A stretch of 64,000 bases of DNA, taken from contig JAKOTS010000032.1 of NCBI GenBank assembly GCA_029777095.1, positions 135,039 to 199,038 on the forward strand. The letters run 5' to 3'. Position numbers and translations under genes: made by a program. This document shows positions 59,461 to 64,000 of the stretch, piece by piece (position 1 is the first letter of the stretch; every line of letters starts with the position of its first letter). A model generated the notes under the pieces. It made no database searches. It saw only the letters and a program-made list of their open reading frames with translations, and had not been told where the DNA came from. The DNA comes from Actinomycetes bacterium. GTDB taxonomy: Bacteria; Actinomycetota; Actinomycetes; Actinomycetales; Microbacteriaceae.

Positions 59461-61938
59461 GTGAACGCACGGAGCCGCTGGTCTGACGTGATTTCGGGGC
59501 AGGATCCCGCGCACGCCCGGCTCACCGTTGCCCTCGCCGTCACGACCGGGGTGCTGCTCAGCGCGCTCTTTGGCGACTTCGCGGTGCGAGTGCTGCACGC
59601 CGAAACGAGCCTCTTGTCGGTGTCGATCATGCTCTCCGTGCAGGCAGGCAGCATGGTTACCGATGCGACGGCGCCCAAGCGCACGGTCACCTCGGCGCTG
59701 CTGATCCCGGCGCTCCTGCTCTCGGTGCTTGCCGCCGCGGCGCTGTCAGTGCAACCGCCGCTTGTGAGCGCGGGGTTCATCTTGATGACCGGTGCCGCTA
59801 TCTGGGTGCGCAAATATGGCCCCCGTGCCGCGGCGATTGGGGCGATCAGCTTCATGGGCTACTTCTTCACGCTGTTCGTGAAGCCCGCACCCGACGAGCT
59901 CCTTGTCTTCTGCCTCATCGCGACCGTTGCCGCGGCTTCGCAACTGCTGATGCGCCTCGTGTTGCTGCTGCGGCGTCCGAGGCGCGAGCTTGAGGTGCTC
60001 TTGAAGGGGCTTCGCGCCGGGTCTGCGGCCGCGATCCATGCGGCGTTGCCTCCGCCGGGGCGCGTCGACGAGCGGCATTCGCTTCGCTTAGCGCTTGCTC
60101 GGCTCGACACGGTGGGTGCCGCGATTACGTCGTGGCAGGACCGGTTTCAAACCGAGCGGCACGTCGCCATCGGCAAACAGGCTCTGGCGGAGCAGGTTCT
60201 CGACGCCCGGGTCGACACCGAAGAGGCCTGCTATGAGCGTGCGCGCCACGCGCCGTCGAGGGTTGCGACGGCGTCGAAGGTCTTGCACGTCGTGAAGGGT
60301 TTGAAGGGGCCGGGTGGTTCGGACGGTTCGCCTGCTTCGGGTGCCTCGGGTGCTTCGGGCGTTTTGAGTGATTCCGGGGGTTCGGACGGTTCAGTTGCTT
60401 CGGAAGCTTCGGGCCCCACGGATGCCCCGAATTCGGCGTCGCGTCGTGAGGTAGAGCGCGCGGAACAGGCGCTGATGACGATTCTCGATGACCGGGCCGC
60501 GCCCTATCGGTATCGCGCCGCCCGCGACGTTGCGGCCGACCTGCTCCACCAGGGCGATACCCAGGACGGCGACCTCGAGGCGTATCTGCTCGCGCGCAGT
60601 GCGGTCGCCCATGCGCGTTTGCGCGACATCGACCTGTCGCATCCGCTGCACGAAAAAGCGGGCACAGCATCGGGGGGCGTGCCGGCGGCGGAAGTCGCGG
60701 CATCCGTCACTGCAGCGGGCGAGGCATCCGCGACGGCTGCGGGCGAGGCATCCGCGACGGCTGCGGGCGAGGCATCGGCGATCACCCAAGCCCGACCGGC
60801 GACGGCGCCGGCGATTGAACGGAGGCCGGCAGGGGCATCCCGATCCGGTGCGCGCAGATGGAGCTGGAAGCCGTGGCATTCGTGGGCACCGACCACTCGC
60901 ATGGCAGTACAAGCGACGATCGCAGCACTGCTCGCGGCCGGCGTTGGCGAGATGATCTCGGCCTCTCGGTGGTACTGGGCAGTCATGACGGCTTTCGTGA
61001 TCTTCATCGGCGGCAACACCCGCAGCAGCATTTTCACGCGCGCATACCGCCGCGTGGCGGGCACCGCGATCGGCATCGTCCTTGGGGTTGGCGTCGTCAC
61101 GCTGGCGGGCAGCAACAACGCCGTCTTGATTGCGATTTGCATCGTCGCGGTGTTCGGCATGCGCTACTTCGGAACGCTCAGCTACCTGTATCAGGCGATA
61201 TTCACGACCATGATGCTCGTCGCCCTGTACCGATTGCTTGGGGTGCTCGGGGGTTCGATCCTCGAGGTTCGGCTCATCGAAACGATCTCCGGCGCGGTGA
61301 TCGGAGTCCTTTGTGCGTACCTGATTTTCTCGGCTACTTCGCGTCCCGCGCTCCTCACCAAGGTCGATGCGTATTTCGATGCGCTTGACGCCCTACTCAG
61401 CGCCATCGCGGCGGGGCAGCAGCGCGATCCCGAGCGCGTCATGTCGCTCCTCGGTGCCCTCGACGACGCGCAGTCTGCGGTCGACAAGACAGTCTCGGCG
61501 ATGTCGGCGGCGTTGGCTGTGCGGGGCCCGCACCAGGGGAGCGACGCCGTCCACGACATGTTCACCGCAAGCCGGGCTGCCGCGCGTCTCGTACAGGCCG
61601 TGGTTGGCGAGCAGACACCGCAGGCAGACGAGAAGGTCGCCGAGAAGGCTCTGGGACAGGCGGTCGAAGAGGTCCGTCAGACGGCACGAGCAGCGCAGCG
61701 AATCCTGCACGGCGAGCACGTCGACGGCACCGCCGACTCAAGCGGCGCGCTCCCTCTCATCGTCGATCACCTTCGCGACGCATCGCTGCGGAGCCCGAGC
61801 TCCCTCGACGCGGTCCTGGCGCTTGCCCGCATCGACTGGGCGTTGCGCCGACTGCTCGAACACAGCGAAGCGGTCGACAAGCGATCACGCCTCGAGAAGT
61901 TTGAGCAGCTCGTGCGACCCGGCCGCGAAGACGGGTAG
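59461..61938 (+). CDS. FUSC-family membrane protein
   Basis: N-terminal TM block, second TM block with RWYWAVMTA and YRRVAGTAIG, coiled inter-domains with low-complexity inserts. Confidence 0.85.
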   Translation: MNARSRWSDVISGQDPAHARLTVALAVTTGVLLSALFGDFAVRVLHAETSLLSVSIMLSVQAGSMVTDATAPKRTVTSALLIPALLLSVLAAAALSVQPPLVSAGFILMTGAAIWVRKYGPRAAAIGAISFMGYFFTLFVKPAPDELLVFCLIATVAAASQLLMRLVLLLRRPRRELEVLLKGLRAGSAAAIHAALPPPGRVDERHSLRLALARLDTVGAAITSWQDRFQTERHVAIGKQALAEQVLDARVDTEEACYERARHAPSRVATASKVLHVVKGLKGPGGSDGSPASGASGASGVLSDSGGSDGSVASEASGPTDAPNSASRREVERAEQALMTILDDRAAPYRYRAARDVAADLLHQGDTQDGDLEAYLLARSAVAHARLRDIDLSHPLHEKAGTASGGVPAAEVAASVTAAGEASATAAGEASATAAGEASAITQARPATAPAIERRPAGASRSGARRWSWKPWHSWAPTTRMAVQATIAALLAAGVGEMISASRWYWAVMTAFVIFIGGNTRSSIFTRAYRRVAGTAIGIVLGVGVVTLAGSNNAVLIAICIVAVFGMRYFGTLSYLYQAIFTTMMLVALYRLLGVLGGSILEVRLIETISGAVIGVLCAYLIFSATSRPALLTKVDAYFDALDALLSAIAAGQQRDPERVMSLLGALDDAQSAVDKTVSAMSAALAVRGPHQGSDAVHDMFTASRAAARLVQAVVGEQTPQADEKVAEKALGQAVEEVRQTARAAQRILHGEHVDGTADSSGALPLIVDHLRDASLRSPSSLDAVLALARIDWALRRLLEHSEAVDKRSRLEKFEQLVRPGREDG

Positions 61939-62012
61939 GCGCGGCTCGCTCAGTCGGGTGGCGCGTCTGGCTCGGCCGGGGCGGTGGACTCGGCCGGGTA
62001 GCTGCGGCCAGC

Positions 62013-62582
62013 TCAGCTGGGAAGGACCTGCCACACCACCGGTGTGCGGTCATCGGTGCTCAGGATGCCGGCGATCCATTCGTCAACGCGGGTTCCGTCC
62101 TTGGCGCGCGCACCCAGGCGTACCGCGCCCTCGAACCGAAACCCCAACGAGCGGGCCACCGACGCTGACCCGACATTCCCGCCGAGGGCGCGCCATCCGA
62201 TGCGCTGCAACCCGAGCCCGTCGCTGGCGAAGCCGAAATCGATAGCCGCGCGACATGCTTCGTGGAGGAGCCCCTGGCGGCGAAACCGCGGGCTCATCCA
62301 GTAGCCGAGTTCGCCCTTGCCGTCTTCGACGGCGAGCAACGAAATCATGCCGATCAATTCATCATCGAGCCGCAGCGCCCAGGTCGCCTCGGTCCCGTCT
62401 TCCCACCGGGGAGCGACGACGCGCTCCACGAAACCGATCGCGTGCTCTCGGCGGTACGGTGAGGGCACGGTCGTCCAACGCTGCACGTCGGGGTCTTGGC
62501 AAATCTCGAAGATCGCGTCGACGTCGGCCGAAGTCGGTGCGCTGAGCTCAAGCCGCGCGGTGCTGAGGTTCACGGGAATCAC
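62013..62582 (-). CDS. GNAT N-acetyltransferase (RimJ/RimL-like)
   Basis: RWTTVPSPY, GELGYW...RRQG, GNVGSASVARSLGFRFEG. TAGACT -10 (62589-62594) 6 nt before GTG. Confidence 0.88.
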   Translation of the reverse strand: MIPVNLSTARLELSAPTSADVDAIFEICQDPDVQRWTTVPSPYRREHAIGFVERVVAPRWEDGTEATWALRLDDELIGMISLLAVEDGKGELGYWMSPRFRRQGLLHEACRAAIDFGFASDGLGLQRIGWRALGGNVGSASVARSLGFRFEGAVRLGARAKDGTRVDEWIAGILSTDDRTPVVWQVLPS

Positions 62583-62673
62583 CGGTCGAGTCTACGGCGC
62601 GCGTTTGGCCGGCGGCTACTGGGGGTCTGGCGGTGGCCCGCCGCCCTGCGATCCCTTGCCTCGTCCGGCCACA

Positions 62674-62820
62674 CGGCTCAACCGTCCGGCTACGCGTCCA
62701 TCCGCGCCCGGCTACGCGTCCCGCCCGCCCGGCTCAATGGCTCGGCTACGCGTCCCACTCGCCCGGCTCAACCATCCGGCTACGCGCCGACCCGCCCGAC
62801 TTTCGGCCACGCGGCTCACG
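62674..62820. repeat. Degenerate tandem repeats CGGCTCAA...CGGCTACGCG(T)CC
   Basis: CGGCTACGCG at 62687, 62709, 62743, 62777; CGGCTCAA at 62674, 62730, 62764. Confidence 0.8.
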
Positions 62821-62913
62821 TCAGTTCTCCTGCACAATTGACCCCGCGGGCGATGACGCACGGATTGCTCGGGCCCGAGGCATCCGGCCCCGATTTCAAC
62901 GCAGAGTTGTCGC

Positions 62914-63810
62914 ATGGATCAGCGCGTATTCACCCGGGCCGAGCTTCGTGATGCCGGGCATACGAGGGCGTCGATCGCGTCGAGGATCGCGTCCGGCGAG
63001 ATTGTGCGGGCGCGACGTGATCGTTACCTCGATGGCGGCGTAGCGCCCGAACTTGTCGAGGCGGTACGCGTCGGCGGGCGCCTGACATGCGTCTCGCTGC
63101 TCGCGCTGCACGGGGTCTTCGTGCTTGAGAGCCCGGGACTGCACGTACATTCCGGGCAGCACGCGAGCCGGCAACGCGCGCGTTGTTCCGCCGAAATCTT
63201 GCCCGACACCCCAGAACTGCTTCGCGCTCGGGAGGTGCGGCGGCATTGGAATCCGCTCATTGAACCGGTGGATGCCGCAACCCCTCATGTCGGAATCGTG
63301 GACGCGCTCGTGCATGCGGTGCGCTGCCAACCGCCGCGCGCCGCTGTCGCGACGCTTGACAGCGCGCTCAATAAGAAGCTGATCAGCCTCGAGCAACTGG
63401 ATGACGTCTTCGCGGCGCTCTCGCGAAAGTACCGGGTGTTACGCCCGCTCGTCGACGGCCGTGCTGAATCGGGCCCCGAGACGCTGATGCGCCTGCTGTT
63501 ACGTGCCCTGGGTTGCAGGGTCGAGCTGCAGGTGAGGTTCGCGGGGATTGGCCGAGTCGACCTGCTCGTCGATGGCTGGCTCGTCATCGAGTGCGACAGT
63601 CGGTCGTTCCATGAGGGTTGGGCGGCGCAGGAGAAAGACCGCGAACGTGATCTGGCCCTCGCTGCGCGTGGGTTTACGACGCTCCGGCCGACGGCGAACG
63701 CGATCATGCGGCGACCGGGCGAGGTGGCGGCCGCCGTGCGCGGATTGCTTGAGGCGCGGTCGGTTGTTCGGGGCGCGGAGCGCCCGGTCGCCCGCCACGC
63801 GCGGCCCTAA
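62914..63810 (+). CDS. AbiEi-like wHTH + DUF559/Vsr-like PD-(D/E)XK endonuclease protein
   Basis: N-terminal TRAEL..AG...I...G...R.RR..Y; C-terminal AESGPET, RVDLLVDG.LVIECD...FH, DRERD..L...GF..LR. Confidence 0.85.
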   Translation: MDQRVFTRAELRDAGHTRASIASRIASGEIVRARRDRYLDGGVAPELVEAVRVGGRLTCVSLLALHGVFVLESPGLHVHSGQHASRQRARCSAEILPDTPELLRAREVRRHWNPLIEPVDAATPHVGIVDALVHAVRCQPPRAAVATLDSALNKKLISLEQLDDVFAALSRKYRVLRPLVDGRAESGPETLMRLLLRALGCRVELQVRFAGIGRVDLLVDGWLVIECDSRSFHEGWAAQEKDRERDLALAARGFTTLRPTANAIMRRPGEVAAAVRGLLEARSVVRGAERPVARHARP

Positions 63811-63939
63811 CTCAGGAGCAGCGACACTCACTTGGGCGCCGCGACGCTAACTCAGGAAAACTGCGCGCGGAGCGCGGGCCGCCCCCGGAATTCCGCGGGT
63901 TGCTCGGGTGCGGCTACCGTTTTTCCTGAGTTAGTGTCG
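63807..63939. repeat. REP-like CTAACTCAGGA repeats and long stem-loop
   Basis: CTAACTCAGGA at 63807 and 63847, inverted TCCTGAGTTAG at 63924-63934; stem CGACGCTAACTCAGGAAAA (63842-60) / TTTTCCTGAGTTAGTGTCG (63921-39). Confidence 0.85.
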
Positions 63940-64000
63940 TTGGCCGGGTTGGCCGGGTTGGCCGGCGGGCGGGCGCGCGCGGTGCGGGTTCGCCGGGTCC

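Noticed and set aside
62674-62820. Possible CRISPR array
   Set aside because: Units are degenerate, spacers are short (under 15 nt) and similar to each other, and there are no cas genes. The same applies to the repeats at 13067, 38335 and 59243.
62914-63810. Complete type IV (AbiE) toxin-antitoxin module
   Set aside because: No AbiEii nucleotidyltransferase gene is adjacent within the window, and the C-terminal domain is a DUF559/Vsr-like nuclease. The sequence beyond 64000 is unseen.

Overview
High-GC actinobacterial chromosome segment; gene content and order suggest Microbacteriaceae (Microbacterium-like; inference). Most of it is housekeeping: beta-PGM/GH65 phosphorylase, dnaX-recR, ask-asd, mqo, tdk, galE, FadR-family regulator with lldD, tRNA-Pro, ponA-type PBP, acs, a reduced Tad/Flp pilus locus, topA-tmk-holB, tRNA-Thr, pncA, RamB/PrpR-like regulator with pckG, an ABC exporter, an FMN-riboswitch-led ribD-ribE-ribBA-ribH operon, glpD-glpK, a FUSC protein, a GNAT and a DUF559-type nuclease. 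The main candidate for a poorly described system is a tightly coupled five-gene membrane-associated operon at 40993-51475. It encodes a multi-TM protein, a surface vWA/MIDAS protein with a cytoplasmic polyproline tail, a ~1137-aa FtsZ/tubulin-like GTPase (Tubulin_2/FtsZl1 type), a ~1150-aa 2-TM protein with an acidic linker, and a small bitopic protein. Other signals are (1) strong over-representation of the heptamer GGATGCC/GGCATCC (about 95-100 copies by eye count, several forming hairpins), (2) REP-like inverted repeats around the DUF559 nuclease gene, (3) several unrelated REP-like intergenic repeat clusters, (4) a CDS whose ATG directly abuts the CCA end of tRNA-Thr, and (5) many leaderless promoters. 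No CRISPR array, integrase or transposase was seen. Family names come from recognised motifs only; no database searches were run.
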